Source: Myxococcota bacterium
Lineage (GTDB): Bacteria > Myxococcota > UBA4151
Assembly (NCBI GenBank): GCA_040260805.1
Contig: JBDQPD010000002.1
Span: forward strand, 8,668-72,667
Direction of reading: 5' to 3'
DNA: 64,000 nucleotides
In this document: positions 38,513 to 49,848 of the stretch, piece by piece
How positions within the stretch are numbered: the first letter of the stretch is position 1
Layout of the letters: every line of letters starts with the position of its first letter
Position numbers and translations under genes: made by a program
The notes under the pieces: model-generated
Database searches by the model: none
Told to the model about the DNA's origin: nothing
Seen by the model: only the letters and a program-made list of their open reading frames with translations

Positions 38513-40029
38513 TGAAGCTCTGGATGCTCTTATTGATGTTGTTGGCGAGCCCCGCCTTTGCCGCCGAGACCGCCTGCGACGATGGTCAAGATAACGACGC
38601 CGATTCGATGATGGACTGCGCCGATGCCGACTGCGCGCAGGCAGCCAATTGCCAGCCAACCGGCGCCTCCGAGAACACGGACGCGCTGTGTTCGGATTGG
38701 ATCGACAACGACGGCAACGGGCAGATGGATTGCGACGATGTCGCCTGCTTTGGTGCAGGCATCGTCGCTTGCCTGGGAAGCTTTGAGCGCAAATCAGGCG
38801 TCGCGGTGCAAACGATGGCGCCGGTCGCGCCAGCCCAAGCCGCTCAAGCCGCCGGCGCATCGAGCGCCAATGCGCCGAGCGAAGCCGACCTCAAAGCGAA
38901 GGACAACAACGGCGAACGCAACGACCTGTTGTGTTCAGATGGTATTGATAACGATGGCGACGGGGCCGTTGACTGCGCCGATTATGGCTGCCGCTTCGAT
39001 CCGACGGTGACGATCTGCCAGGGCGCTCCAGGCATGCGCTTCTCGATCGTCGGTAATGTGGCGCAAAGCTTTGACATCGAAGCCGATGAGCATGACACCC
39101 GCTTTACCAAGCTGCAGCTGCGCAGCTTTGGACCGATCCCGCTGATCCAAAACAGCTTCTACTTGGTCTCGATGCGGGCTGAAAAAACGCCTCGTTTAAC
39201 CTTTGCTTTGTTCCAGGTTCCCTTAGGCGGTGGTCATTACCTCAACTTGAACTCCGGCGGCGGCGGGCTCTCCAACGCGTTGATCGTCTCCACCGCAAAG
39301 CAGCTCTTAGGCGACCCAGCCTACTACCTGTATTCAGCCTTTGAACAAGGCAACGGAGCGGCTGCCGAGCTCGGTGGGCCGGTCCCTTATGTTCCGGCGG
39401 GTAAGATGAACTACCGACTCTTCGCAGCGGGCGGTTCAGGGCGCTTCTCAGGTAACATCGGCGGCCGTTACTTCACCTATGAAAACACCAACTACACCTA
39501 CTCTGTAGGTGGCCAAGTCAGCGCCAACTTGATCGGCTTTACCAGCCGCTGGGACTCGCCCTTCTTGATGAGCCCAAGCGCCACCGCTGTGGCGGTTCGA
39601 GTCGGCGGGAAATACGACCGGCGTGCGCAGGAGCGCTACCCCGCATTCAACGCCGGAATCTCGGCGCGTCACGGTCGCTTCGTGGTGATGCTTGAGGACT
39701 ATTATAAGCGAGAGCTTAACTTTGGTTCGGTGCAAAATGCCTACAACGTGACGCTCGGCGCTTTGGTGCTCAAAAACAAGCTCATGGCTGCCGCTGATTT
39801 CGGTCAGTTCCTTGCCACCGACTTCACCAACCCGCCGGACCAACTACAGACCGATCTGAAAAAGATTAGAGATGAGACGCAGTGGCGCGCCGCGCTGCAC
39901 TACTACTTTAGAGGCAACATCGGTTTGCTGAGCCTAATCTATTCGGATCATCGCCTAGCAGCCAACGAGGCAGGCAAGGACCCGGAGCGTAAACACAGCA
40001 TCAAATTGGTGGCTCAATATCGCTTCTAA
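38512..40029 (+). CDS. Putative outer-membrane beta-barrel (porin-like) protein with 3 N-terminal Cys/Asp repeats
   Basis: Signal peptide ending AFA; three repeats; Gly/aromatic-rich amphipathic strands; ends LVAQYRF (beta-signal-like). Confidence 0.7.
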   Translation: MKLWMLLLMLLASPAFAAETACDDGQDNDADSMMDCADADCAQAANCQPTGASENTDALCSDWIDNDGNGQMDCDDVACFGAGIVACLGSFERKSGVAVQTMAPVAPAQAAQAAGASSANAPSEADLKAKDNNGERNDLLCSDGIDNDGDGAVDCADYGCRFDPTVTICQGAPGMRFSIVGNVAQSFDIEADEHDTRFTKLQLRSFGPIPLIQNSFYLVSMRAEKTPRLTFALFQVPLGGGHYLNLNSGGGGLSNALIVSTAKQLLGDPAYYLYSAFEQGNGAAAELGGPVPYVPAGKMNYRLFAAGGSGRFSGNIGGRYFTYENTNYTYSVGGQVSANLIGFTSRWDSPFLMSPSATAVAVRVGGKYDRRAQERYPAFNAGISARHGRFVVMLEDYYKRELNFGSVQNAYNVTLGALVLKNKLMAAADFGQFLATDFTNPPDQLQTDLKKIRDETQWRAALHYYFRGNIGLLSLIYSDHRLAANEAGKDPERKHSIKLVAQYRF

Positions 40030-40058
40030 ACGGAACTGTTTCAGCTTAGAGCGCAGCC

Positions 40059-43000
40059 ATGCAACGCAGTCGTATCGATCGGTTCCAACGCCGGCTTAAA
40101 CAAAAAGTCATGGTTCTTGATGGTGCGATGGGCACCATGATTCAAGCCTATAATCTCGGTGAAAGCGACTTTCGCGGCAGCATATTATGCGATCACGATC
40201 ACCCGCTTGCCGGCAATAATGACCTGCTGAGTCTAACCCAGCCAGAGATCATCTTAGCGATCCACCGCGCCTATCTCGAAGTGGGCGTGGATCTGATCGA
40301 GACCAACACCTTTAATTCCAACGCCATCAGCCAGTCAGACTACGGCCTCGAGGACAGAGTCTACGAGCTCAACAAAGCCTCGGCAGAGCTCGCCGTTCAG
40401 GCGTGCTCAGAATTCAGCACCGCAGAGCACCCGCGCTTTGCGGTGGGGGTTTTAGGACCGACCAACCGCACGGCTTCCTTGAGTCCAAAAGTCGAAGACC
40501 CGAGCGCTCGCAACGTCACCTTCGATGAGCTCGATCAAGGGTACCGCACCGCAACGCAAGGTTTGCTCGATGGTGGCGCCCAGGTTTTAATGATCGAGAC
40601 GATCTTTGATACGCTCAACGCCAAGGCGGCTATTTACGCGATCGAGAAGGTCTTCCAGGCGCGCAATGAGCGCTGGCCGGTGATGATATCAGGCACGATT
40701 ACCGATGCATCGGGGCGCACCTTATCGGGTCAAACCAGCGAGGCATTCGCTCGCTCCGTAGCCCACGCTGAACCGGTCAGTGTCGGCTTTAATTGCGCCT
40801 TAGGCGCCGAGCAGCTCAGGCCCTACATCTCGGAGCTCAGTCGCTGGGCACCCTTTGCGGTCTCGGCTCACCCCAACGCAGGGCTTCCCAACGCGCTGGG
40901 TGATTACGACGAGAGCCCCGAAGAGATGTCAGCTCAGATTGGGGCTTGGGCAAAGGATGGGCTACTCAACATCGTCGGTGGCTGCTGTGGCACGACCCCC
41001 GAACACCTCAAAATGATCGTCGACGCCGTCGGCGATCACGCACCGCGGCAGCTCAAGCCGGCGAGCTCGTTGTCCGATTATGCTGGGCTTGAGCCCTTGC
41101 AACTCAAAGACGATGCGCTCTTCGTAAACATTGGTGAGCGGACCAACATGACGGGCTCGGCGCGCTTTCGAAAACTCATCGAAAACGATGACTTCGAAGC
41201 CGCCATTGCGATCGCTCGACAACAGGTTGAGGGCGGCGCACAAATTCTCGACATTAACTTCGATGATGCGTTGATCGACGGCACCGCCTCGATGATACGC
41301 TTTTTGAACCTGCTCGCCGGCGAGCCCGACATCGCTAAGCTGCCCTTCATGGTCGACAGCTCGCGCCCTGAAATTCTCAACGCCGGACTGCGCTGTGTAC
41401 AAGGTAAGGCGATCATCAACTCGATCTCACTCAAAGAGGGTGAAGCCGCTTTTCTAGCCGCAGCTGATGAAGCCAAAAACTTAGGCGCTGCGATGGTCGT
41501 GATGGCCTTTGATGAAGACGGGCAAGCCGACACCTATGAGCGGCGAATCAGCATCTGTGAGCGAGCGTATAAGCTCCTGGTTGAGACCGCTCAGGTCCGA
41601 GCACATGACATCATCTTTGATGCGAATATTTTTGCGGTGGGCACCGGACTTGACGAGCATCGTCGTTACGCCATCGATTTCATCGAAGCTGTGCGCTGGA
41701 TCAAAACGAATCTACCGGGCGCCAAGACCAGCGGCGGGTTGAGCAACCTGAGTTTTTCGTTTCGTGGTCAAAACCCGCTGCGCGAAGCGATGCATACGGT
41801 ATTTTTGTACCACGCAGTCCAAGCGGGGCTGGATATGGGCATCGTCAACGCCGGCGCCTTGCCAGTCTACGATGACCTCGACTCAGGTTTGATTGAGCGC
41901 ATTGAAGATCTTCTCTTTGACCGCCGTGATGATGCGACCGACCGCCTTTTAGAGCTCGCCCACAAAGCGCAAGGGCGGGCTGCGCGCGCTGCGGACCTAA
42001 GCTGGCGCGAACAAGACGTCACCGCACGAATAAGCCACGCCTTGGTTCAGGGCATCGACGCCTACATCGAAGAGGATACCGCTGAGATCTTTGCCGAACT
42101 CGACTCGGCGATCGGGGTCATCGAAGGACCGCTTATGGACGGCATGAACCGGGTTGGTGACCTGTTTGGCGAGGGGAAGATGTTCCTCCCTCAAGTGGTC
42201 AAGTCAGCGCGGGTCATGAAGCGCGCCGTCTCGTGGCTTGACCCCTATCTTAAAGCGGGCGCCCAGCTTGAATCCAAAGGCGTGATCTTACTCGCTACCG
42301 TCAAAGGCGACGTGCACGATATTGGGAAAAATATCGTCGGCGTGGTCCTCGAATGCAACGGCTATCGAGTGATCGATTTAGGCGTCATGGTTCCCTGCGA
42401 CCGGATTCTTGACCAAGCCCTTGAGCATCAAGTCGACCTGATCGGCTTGTCCGGATTGATCACGCCGAGCCTCGATGAGATGGTTCATGTCGCCAAGCAG
42501 ATGACGGCGCGCGGGATGAAGACCCCCTTACTGATCGGCGGCGCCACCACCTCACCGCTTCACACCGCGCTGCGGATTGAGCCCGAATACGCCCCTGGTG
42601 TGGTCCACGTTCGCGACGCCTCGCGCAGCGTAGCGACCACCAGCTCGCTCTTGAACGACCGGGCAGATTTTGTCGCTCAAACCGGAGAAAATTACGCCAA
42701 ACTCAGGCGGCGCCACGAGTCCAACACCCAGCGACAAAAACTGCTCTCACTTGAGGAAGCGAGGCGGCGCGCCGAGCGCGTTGACGCACCAGCGCCTGTT
42801 CCCAAGACGCTCGGTCTGCACCACCTCGATGTTTCGCTGTCGGATCTACTGGTCACCATGGACTATGCTCCATTTTTCCACGCCTGGGAGTTCAAGGGAT
42901 CCTTCCCAGCCCTGCTCAACGATGTCAGGCAGGGTGAGGCGGCGACAGCGCTGTGGAACGATGGACAAGCGATCCTGAAGCGAATTGTCGATGAGGACCT

Positions 43001-43664
43001 ACTGACCGCCAAAGCGAGCTTCGCCATCTATCCAGCTCACGCTGCCGGTGAGACGATCTTTATCGACACACCGCAGGGCATGGAGCGCTTCGAGTTTTTA
43101 CGCCAACAACGCGGCAAATCGCCAGCGTGCTTAGCCGACTACATCGCTCATGAAGACGATCACATCGGTATGTTTTGGGTGACCGCAGGGCTAGGGCTTG
43201 ATGCCCTAGTCGCCGAGTACGAAGCCCAAGATGACACCTACTCTTCGCTCATCGCCAAGGCCTGGGCCGACCGATTTGCCGAGAGCTTAGCCGAATGGCT
43301 ACACCGCGAGGTTCGGACGCGTTATTGGGGCTATATCGCCGATGAGACCTTGAGCGTGGATGAGCTGCTGGCTGAGCGCTATCGGGGGATACGCCCAGCT
43401 CCAGGCTACCCTGCGTGCCCAGACCATCGCCATAAAGAGCGCATGTATCGCCTGCTTGAGGCGGAGGAAATGGGCGCATCGCTAAGCGAGAGCTGTGCCA
43501 TGACGCCTGCGGCTAGTGTCGCCGGATTCTACATCGCAGCGCCCCAATCGCGCTACTTTAGCATCGGCCGAATCGATGAAGAACAGCTGGCTGATTTGGC
43601 GCGTCGGCGCGGTGAGCCCATCGAGACCTGCGCACGCTGGCTTGCGTCGCTCTTGCTTAACTAA
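40059..43664 (+). CDS. metH: Cobalamin-dependent methionine synthase
   Basis: [33 protein letters not shown]12-binding motif, [12 protein letters not shown]. Confidence 0.98.
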   Translation: MQRSRIDRFQRRLKQKVMVLDGAMGTMIQAYNLGESDFRGSILCDHDHPLAGNNDLLSLTQPEIILAIHRAYLEVGVDLIETNTFNSNAISQSDYGLEDRVYELNKASAELAVQACSEFSTAEHPRFAVGVLGPTNRTASLSPKVEDPSARNVTFDELDQGYRTATQGLLDGGAQVLMIETIFDTLNAKAAIYAIEKVFQARNERWPVMISGTITDASGRTLSGQTSEAFARSVAHAEPVSVGFNCALGAEQLRPYISELSRWAPFAVSAHPNAGLPNALGDYDESPEEMSAQIGAWAKDGLLNIVGGCCGTTPEHLKMIVDAVGDHAPRQLKPASSLSDYAGLEPLQLKDDALFVNIGERTNMTGSARFRKLIENDDFEAAIAIARQQVEGGAQILDINFDDALIDGTASMIRFLNLLAGEPDIAKLPFMVDSSRPEILNAGLRCVQGKAIINSISLKEGEAAFLAAADEAKNLGAAMVVMAFDEDGQADTYERRISICERAYKLLVETAQVRAHDIIFDANIFAVGTGLDEHRRYAIDFIEAVRWIKTNLPGAKTSGGLSNLSFSFRGQNPLREAMHTVFLYHAVQAGLDMGIVNAGALPVYDDLDSGLIERIEDLLFDRRDDATDRLLELAHKAQGRAARAADLSWREQDVTARISHALVQGIDAYIEEDTAEIFAELDSAIGVIEGPLMDGMNRVGDLFGEGKMFLPQVVKSARVMKRAVSWLDPYLKAGAQLESKGVILLATVKGDVHDIGKNIVGVVLECNGYRVIDLGVMVPCDRILDQALEHQVDLIGLSGLITPSLDEMVHVAKQMTARGMKTPLLIGGATTSPLHTALRIEPEYAPGVVHVRDASRSVATTSSLLNDRADFVAQTGENYAKLRRRHESNTQRQKLLSLEEARRRAERVDAPAPVPKTLGLHHLDVSLSDLLVTMDYAPFFHAWEFKGSFPALLNDVRQGEAATALWNDGQAILKRIVDEDLLTAKASFAIYPAHAAGETIFIDTPQGMERFEFLRQQRGKSPACLADYIAHEDDHIGMFWVTAGLGLDALVAEYEAQDDTYSSLIAKAWADRFAESLAEWLHREVRTRYWGYIADETLSVDELLAERYRGIRPAPGYPACPDHRHKERMYRLLEAEEMGASLSESCAMTPAASVAGFYIAAPQSRYFSIGRIDEEQLADLARRRGEPIETCARWLASLLLN

Positions 43665-44441
43665 TCAACGATCCCAGGTCATGCGCGTGACCGAATGGAT
43701 CGGGTGACCAAAAATTCGCTCAGTGACATGCATTGACAGCTCCGGATCATCACTAAACGCAATGTCCGTGCGGCCGCTTCCCGGTTGAAGCGGGTTGGCG
43801 AGCATGGCGCCTGCGATCGCTTCGCTTGAGTCAATGACCACCACTTGGTCACCGACGGCTCGTTGAAGTTGGTCATGAATCAACGGGTAATGAGTGCACC
43901 CTAAGATCAACCGGTCGTAGCTAAAACCGTCGAGCTCGCTCAGATAGGTCTTAATCGCCGCATGGGTTGCTGGATGATCGTACCAACCCTCTTCGATCAT
44001 CGGCGCCAAGAGCGGGCAAGCGACCTGGCGCACGGGGGTTCCAGGCAGCAACTCGTTGAGCGCTTCAGCGTAGGCTTGTGAAGCCACCGTCCCGCGGGTG
44101 GCGAGCACCGCAACGCCCTGCGTTCCGCCGCAATCCTTGGCGGTCAAAGCGCCAGCTCGAACCACCCCATGAACGCTGCGCTCACCGGCTAACTCTCGAA
44201 CGCTTTTGGCGCCGTAAGCCGACGCCGTGTTGCAAGCGATCACCAGCTGGTCGCAGCCGCGCTGCACAAGCCAGCGGCCGCAGTCGCGAGCGTAGCGAGC
44301 GACGGTTTCAGCGCTTCGGCTGCCATAAGGCACCCGCGCCGTATCACCGAGGTACAAAAGATCGGCGCTCGGCATCGCCTCACGAAGCGCCGCCAAAACC
44401 GTTAAACCGCCTACGCCTGAGTCAAAAACTCCAATGGTCAT
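43665..44441 (-). CDS. murI: Glutamate racemase
   Basis: FDSGVGG, PYG, ACNTAS, LGCTHYP. Confidence 0.96.
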   Translation of the reverse strand: MTIGVFDSGVGGLTVLAALREAMPSADLLYLGDTARVPYGSRSAETVARYARDCGRWLVQRGCDQLVIACNTASAYGAKSVRELAGERSVHGVVRAGALTAKDCGGTQGVAVLATRGTVASQAYAEALNELLPGTPVRQVACPLLAPMIEEGWYDHPATHAAIKTYLSELDGFSYDRLILGCTHYPLIHDQLQRAVGDQVVVIDSSEAIAGAMLANPLQPGSGRTDIAFSDDPELSMHVTERIFGHPIHSVTRMTWDR

Positions 44442-45355
44442 AGGGGCTCCAACGCCAGCTCGGGCATCACTCTTCCGGGTACGAAGCGCAAAGTCCATGC
44501 GCCTCGGTACAGGACCTGATCATCTTGCAAGCCTTCGGCGACGACATCGACCGAGCCAGGAGCAGCTAAAAGTCGAGACCAGTCCGGGAGCTCCTCGCCG
44601 CATGAACGATCAAATTCCACCATGCGCTCAGCGCCCAGCTGGCGCGCTTTGATCACTAAGCGGTTCACCCCAACGAGTTCACAACCCGCCAAGCTGTCGT
44701 CGTCACGCACAAACCGAATCAACACTCGTCCCTCGGGCTGCGCGCTCGCCTCAAGGTCGAGACGCATCGGACGATCCCCTTCGGGTCTGCGCTGTCCTGG
44801 ATCGATACGCCGCACGGCGGTGTGAGCGCCCAGAACCAAGCCCTCAGCGCTGTACGCTTGAACGCGCATCTGCCAGGACCCAGGCCAAAGGTAATCGATC
44901 ATCAAATCGCCAGCGTCGCGACAAGCGACCTGGCGGGTCTCTTGATCGCCCCAGGGGCGACTCAAGGTCACGCGGTAACGATCAATGCCTAAGACCTCAC
45001 ATCCAGCGACACCGCTCAGATGTGGCCACAGCCAGATGGAACCGCGCAGCTCAGGGTTGGCGCGCATCACCAAGACCGCACCATCTTGAGCCGTTCCGCT
45101 CGCAAGCACTCGCTCTTCGCGATCAAACAAAACAGCTCTGAGCTCTCGCTCCCCTATTGGCAGGCTCACTCGAACCAATTCGGTTTGCTTGCAGGGGCCA
45201 TGAGCGATCACACCCAAACCGCCCGCTTCGATCTCAACTCGAGCGCCGCCAAGCTCCTGACAGGTGGTCGCCGCTAAACGCCAACGAATCGGTCGCTCAA
45301 CGAGATCAACGGGCTCACCGCAGGCGAGCAGAAAGACGACCCACCAGGCTCTCAA
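44438..45355 (-). CDS. Hypothetical lipoprotein with three repeated two-Cys modules
   Basis: TTG start, FLLAC lipobox; overlaps both neighbouring genes by 4 nt. Confidence 0.7.
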   Translation of the reverse strand: MRAWWVVFLLACGEPVDLVERPIRWRLAATTCQELGGARVEIEAGGLGVIAHGPCKQTELVRVSLPIGERELRAVLFDREERVLASGTAQDGAVLVMRANPELRGSIWLWPHLSGVAGCEVLGIDRYRVTLSRPWGDQETRQVACRDAGDLMIDYLWPGSWQMRVQAYSAEGLVLGAHTAVRRIDPGQRRPEGDRPMRLDLEASAQPEGRVLIRFVRDDDSLAGCELVGVNRLVIKARQLGAERMVEFDRSCGEELPDWSRLLAAPGSVDVVAEGLQDDQVLYRGAWTLRFVPGRVMPELALEPL

Positions 45356-46656
45356 CGCCCGCGACCGATCCCGCTATACCTTAAGCCTGCGGAGCGGACC
45401 TCATCAGGATTCAAGAGGTTGCGTCCGTCAAAGACCCAATCCCCTTTTAGCGCCGTTTGAACACGCGCTAACGATGGACTTCGATAATCGTTCCAGTCCG
45501 TACAAATCAGCAACGCATCGCAGCCCTCGAGCGCATCATACATGCCCTCGGCAAAGCTGAGTCCCGGCAGCCCGAGTGCTTTGGTCGCCGGAATCGCTAC
45601 CGGATCATGAGCGGTCACGGTGGCGCCACGACGCGTTAACTCAGCGACCGTGTACAGCGACGGCGCCTCGCGCAGATCATCAGTGTTGGCCTTAAAGGCT
45701 AAGCCCCAAAGCGCGAAGTGTTTCCCCGATAGATCTGCACCCAAAGCGTCTACAGCTTTGCGCACCAAAATGGTACGTTGCTCAGCGTTGACGCGCTCGA
45801 CCGCCTCAACCACTTCGAGCGGCTGACCTCGCTCGCGCGCTGTGCTCGCTAAGGCTTTAACGTCTTTGGGAAAGCACGACCCTCCGTAGCCACAGCCAGG
45901 GAATAAGAAGTGCGGCCCGATGCGTCGGTCAGAGCCCATACCGTAGCGTACGTCGGTGATATCAGCGCCAAGGTCATCGCAGAGATTGGCGAGCTCGTTC
46001 ATAAAACTGATGCGCGTCGCGAGCATGGCGTTCGCCGCGTACTTGGTCAGCTCAGCGCTGCGGACGCTCATGCTGACCACCCGGCGCTCGCGTCGGTTAA
46101 ATGGCGCATAGAGACGCTCGAGTTGAGCCTGGCTCGTCGCATCATCACAGCCGATAATGATCCGGTCTGGCTTTTGGAAATCAGCGATCGCAGCGCCTTC
46201 TTTGAGAAACTCCGGATTCGACGCCACGCGATGTTCAAGGTCTGAGTGCTCAGCTAACTTCGCGCGGATCTTATCCGCGGTTCCGACCGGTACGGTCGAC
46301 TTGGTCACCACCAGCTTCGCCTCGCTTGCCTGTTCAGCGATCTGCTCTGCGACCGCGAGCACATGACTCAGATCAGCCGAGCCGTCTTCGTCTTCGGGGG
46401 TACCGACAGCGATGAAGACCACCTCGCTCGAGTCCAGCGCCTGCTTGAGGTTCGTGGTAAACGAGAGTCGACTCTTTGAGCGGTTCCGGGCGATCAACCC
46501 TTCGAGCCCGGGCTCGTAAATTGGGACGCCGCCCTGATTGAGCAGATCGATCTTCTCAACGCTCACATCAACGCAAATCACATGGTTGCCAGCGTCGGCT
46601 AAACACGCGCCGGCAACCAGTCCAACATAACCACTTCCGATGACTGCAAGGTCCAC
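45352..46656 (-). CDS. ugd: UDP-glucose 6-dehydrogenase
   Basis: GSGYVG, KSTVPVG, NPEFLKEG, GYGGSCFPKD, GLAFKANTDD; GTG start after GAGGAG. Confidence 0.95.
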   Translation of the reverse strand: MDLAVIGSGYVGLVAGACLADAGNHVICVDVSVEKIDLLNQGGVPIYEPGLEGLIARNRSKSRLSFTTNLKQALDSSEVVFIAVGTPEDEDGSADLSHVLAVAEQIAEQASEAKLVVTKSTVPVGTADKIRAKLAEHSDLEHRVASNPEFLKEGAAIADFQKPDRIIIGCDDATSQAQLERLYAPFNRRERRVVSMSVRSAELTKYAANAMLATRISFMNELANLCDDLGADITDVRYGMGSDRRIGPHFLFPGCGYGGSCFPKDVKALASTARERGQPLEVVEAVERVNAEQRTILVRKAVDALGADLSGKHFALWGLAFKANTDDLREAPSLYTVAELTRRGATVTAHDPVAIPATKALGLPGLSFAEGMYDALEGCDALLICTDWNDYRSPSLARVQTALKGDWVFDGRNLLNPDEVRSAGLRYSGIGRGR

Positions 46657-46705
46657 GATCAGGCTCCTCGTCCTGCGCAGGCGATAAGTCTGCCTGGCTT
46701 TTGGT

Positions 46706-46769
46706 GCAACCCTATGGGTTGCGTGATGCCCTAATTTGGAACACCAAGACCTGAGGTCAAACGACCTCA
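46706..46769. promoter_or_regulatory. Two perfect 7-bp inverted repeats in the divergent ugd / epimerase intergenic region
   Basis: GCAACCC-tat-GGGTTGC (46706-46722) and TGAGGTC-aaac-GACCTCA (46752-46769). Confidence 0.35.
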
Positions 46770-46786
46770 AGAACGAGGGAGCAAGG

Positions 46787-47746
46787 ATGCGAGTTCTGGT
46801 TACAGGAGGAGCTGGCTTTATCGGCTCACATGTCGCCGAAGCGCTCCTAAAGCGCGGCGACGAGGTCACGATCTGTGATAATTTTAATAGCTTCTACGAC
46901 CCTGCGCTCAAGCGCAGGAATGTCGAAGATGTTCGAAAAATAGGGGCTATTCGCTTGATCGAAGGCGACCTGATGGACGCGAGTATCCGCGACCAGGCGC
47001 TGGTTGATTGCGACGCCGTGATTCATCTCGCCGCTTGGGCGGGGGTGCGTCCTTCCATCGAAATGCCCGTACGCTATGTCGAACAAAACCTGCTTCTACC
47101 CACCCTCCTCGTCGAGAGCATGCGCGCCCAGAAAATCTCGCGTCTGGTGTGGGCCAGCTCCTCGAGTGTCTACGGTGAGAACTCCAACCCACCCTTCGCT
47201 GAAGATGCGGATATTTCAGCGCCAGTCAGCCCGTATGCGGCGACGAAGATTGGCGGTGAGGCGCTCGCCGCCTCGTTCGCTCACCTGTACAACCTCGACA
47301 TCACCTCGCTTCGTTTCTTTACGGTGTATGGCCCTCGTCAACGACCCGAGATGGCGATCCACAAATTCGCTCGCTTGCTCAAACAAGGTCAGGCAATTCC
47401 TCGTTTTGGGGACGGCTCAACAAGCCGTGATTACACCTATATTGATGACATCGTGACCGGCGTTCTTGGCGCCCTAGATCACCTCGGCGGTTGCCGAGTG
47501 TACAACCTAGGTGAATCCGATCGAATTTCATTAAGCGACCTGATTGAGCTCTTGGCGACGACGCTAGGCGTCGAGGCGAAGATCGAGGCGTTGCCTCGTC
47601 AACCCGGCGACGTCAGCCACACCAACGCCGACATTCGGCGAGCTCAGGCCGAGATCAATTACCGACCGAGCGTACCGATCGCTCAGGGTATTGAGCGGTT
47701 CTGTGCTTGGTTCAACGAGCGGCCACACCTGTGGGAAGCACCCTAA
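46787..47746 (+). CDS. NAD-dependent epimerase, UDP-glucuronate 4-epimerase-like
   Basis: TGGAGFIG, HLAAWAGVRPS, ASSSSVYG, YAATK, RFFTVYGPRQRPEMA. Confidence 0.9.
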   Translation: MRVLVTGGAGFIGSHVAEALLKRGDEVTICDNFNSFYDPALKRRNVEDVRKIGAIRLIEGDLMDASIRDQALVDCDAVIHLAAWAGVRPSIEMPVRYVEQNLLLPTLLVESMRAQKISRLVWASSSSVYGENSNPPFAEDADISAPVSPYAATKIGGEALAASFAHLYNLDITSLRFFTVYGPRQRPEMAIHKFARLLKQGQAIPRFGDGSTSRDYTYIDDIVTGVLGALDHLGGCRVYNLGESDRISLSDLIELLATTLGVEAKIEALPRQPGDVSHTNADIRRAQAEINYRPSVPIAQGIERFCAWFNERPHLWEAP

Positions 47747-47749
47747 GCG

Positions 47750-49219
47750 TCAGCTCGACTTGCTCTGATCGTTACGAACAGCTTCGAGATCGTCGAGGTA
47801 GGCCTCGCTGACGCCGCCCGTGACGTAGCGCCCCGAGAAGACACAGTCTTCATAGCTCGTAATCTCAGGGTTACCCTCTTGAGCTGCGGTGCGAAGGTCT
47901 TCTAAGTCTTGGTAGATCAACCAATCGGCGCCGATGATCTGCTGGATCTGCTCAGTCGTGCGACTGTGCGCGATCAACTCTTGGGCTGCTGGCATGTCGA
48001 TACCGTACACATTGGGGTATCGAACGGCCGGCGATGCCGAAGCAAAAGAGACCGTTTTGGCGCCCGCCTCTCGAGCCATTCTGATAATCTCGCTGCAGGT
48101 CGTGCCGCGGACGATCGAGTCGTCGACCAGCAAGACGTTTTTGCCGCGAAATTCGAGCGCGATCGGGTTGAGCTTTTGCCGCACCGACTTCTTCCGCACC
48201 GCTTGCCCGGGCATGATAAAGGTTCGGCCAATGTAGCGGTTCTTGATGAAGCCTTCACGGAACTTAGCGCCGATATGATAGGCGACCTGAATCGCAGCCG
48301 TTCGGCTGGTGTCGGGTACCGGGATCACCACATCTATTTGATGGTCCGGGCGCTCGCGCAAAATCTTAGCGGCCAAGTAGTCGCCCATTCGCAAGCGGCT
48401 TTTGTAGACGGAGACGCCATCGATGATCGAGTCGGGTCGCGCCAAATAAACGTACTCGAAAAGACAGGGAGTGTGCTGCTTAGCGCTCGCTGCTTGATGC
48501 GTGTGCAAGCTGCGGTCGCGCACATCGAAAATGACCGCTCCACCGGGTAGCACGTCCGCCTCAAAGGTGAACCCCGAAGCCTCAATCGCCACCGACTCCG
48601 AGGCGACCATAAACTCTCGCCCTTTGTCGGTCTCTCGAAAGCCATAACAAAGGGGCCGGATGCCATGCTCGTCACGAAAAGCGATCAAACCAAACCCGGG
48701 GATCATCGCGACCGTTGCGTAGGCACCTTCACAGCGGCGATGCACTGACTCAAGCGCAGCAAAGAGGTGCTCAGGCTTGAGCGTATCGATCAGCTGCTTG
48801 CTCAGCTCATGAGCGAGCACGTTCAACAAGACTTCCGAATCCGAGCGCGTGTTGAGGTGGCGACGATCGAGCGCAAAAAGCTCGTCTTTAAGCGTCGCTG
48901 CGTTGGTCAGATTGCCGTTGTGGCTCAAGACGATGCCGTAGGGCGAGTTCACATAAAGCGGTTGAGCCTCGTACGTACTCGATGTGCCCGCCGTCGGATA
49001 ACGGACGTGACCAATACCGAGGTGGCCCGACAGCTCTTGCATGTCGCGCGTCTTAAAGACGTCTTTGACCATGCCGTTGTCTTTCCGGAGAAAGACCTGC
49101 CCACCCTCGGTCGTCGCAATGCCCGCAGCATCCTGTCCACGATGCTGTAAGACGGTCAGGGTGTCATAGATCCGCGTATTGACCGGTTCGATACCGGCGA
49201 TCCCCACGATTCCGCACAT
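47750..49219 (-). CDS. purF: Amidophosphoribosyltransferase
   Basis: N-terminal [34 protein letters not shown]. Confidence 0.98.
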   Translation of the reverse strand: MCGIVGIAGIEPVNTRIYDTLTVLQHRGQDAAGIATTEGGQVFLRKDNGMVKDVFKTRDMQELSGHLGIGHVRYPTAGTSSTYEAQPLYVNSPYGIVLSHNGNLTNAATLKDELFALDRRHLNTRSDSEVLLNVLAHELSKQLIDTLKPEHLFAALESVHRRCEGAYATVAMIPGFGLIAFRDEHGIRPLCYGFRETDKGREFMVASESVAIEASGFTFEADVLPGGAVIFDVRDRSLHTHQAASAKQHTPCLFEYVYLARPDSIIDGVSVYKSRLRMGDYLAAKILRERPDHQIDVVIPVPDTSRTAAIQVAYHIGAKFREGFIKNRYIGRTFIMPGQAVRKKSVRQKLNPIALEFRGKNVLLVDDSIVRGTTCSEIIRMAREAGAKTVSFASASPAVRYPNVYGIDMPAAQELIAHSRTTEQIQQIIGADWLIYQDLEDLRTAAQEGNPEITSYEDCVFSGRYVTGGVSEAYLDDLEAVRNDQSKSS

Positions 49220-49287
49220 GAGTCAGCCCTCCGCAGGCGGGCTCGGCGCCTAACCTGAGTGATGGTATTCCACAAGCTCGTAGCGAA

Positions 49288-49845
49288 CTAGCTGGTTGGC
49301 AGTTCTAGGCTGCGCAGGCGCTCGTTCGCTCGCTCGGCGGCGCGCAGCGCTTCAGCCGGGTAGCCATCCACTAATGTGGACCAAGCGCGGTTCAAATTCC
49401 GCTCCCCGGCGCTGACCTCAGAGATAAACTGCGCATAAGCGAGCATACCGTGGCGTGCGACCATCGAGTCCTTACACTCAACAAGAGCCTGGATCGGACC
49501 ATCGCGTAAGCCGTCGATCCGATCGCAGATCGGCTGAGTCCTTGGCTCGTCTTGGCGCAAGCCATCAAGCACCTCCGCCGCGCCCTCTTTGAGCGCAGCG
49601 AGCAGCTCTGAAGGGTCTGACGCCGCCGCCTCTAAAGGCGATTGAGCCAAGGCCGCTGCCTGACGCCGCATGAGCACCGCCGCAGCGATGATCAGGGCGA
49701 TACCGATAAAGAAGAGCAGACCGCTTTGGCTGAGCCAAACGGAGATGCGACCGCTTTGACTAGCCGCCTCAACGGGACGCGCCGCGGAGTAGCCCGACAG
49801 CCCAATACCCAAACCTAACAATGCGAATTGAATGATCATCTGCAT
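49288..49845 (-). CDS. Hypothetical membrane protein (two TM helices plus helical domain)
   Basis: Two hydrophobic segments; starts 3 nt after the OPT gene stop. Confidence 0.7.
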   Translation of the reverse strand: MQMIIQFALLGLGIGLSGYSAARPVEAASQSGRISVWLSQSGLLFFIGIALIIAAAVLMRRQAAALAQSPLEAAASDPSELLAALKEGAAEVLDGLRQDEPRTQPICDRIDGLRDGPIQALVECKDSMVARHGMLAYAQFISEVSAGERNLNRAWSTLVDGYPAEALRAAERANERLRSLELPTS

Positions 49846-49848
49846 GGC

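Noticed and set aside
37238..39000. Periodic DNA repeats as a CRISPR array
   Set aside because: The repeats are in-frame, vary at synonymous positions, encode Cys/Asp protein motifs, and no cas genes are present.
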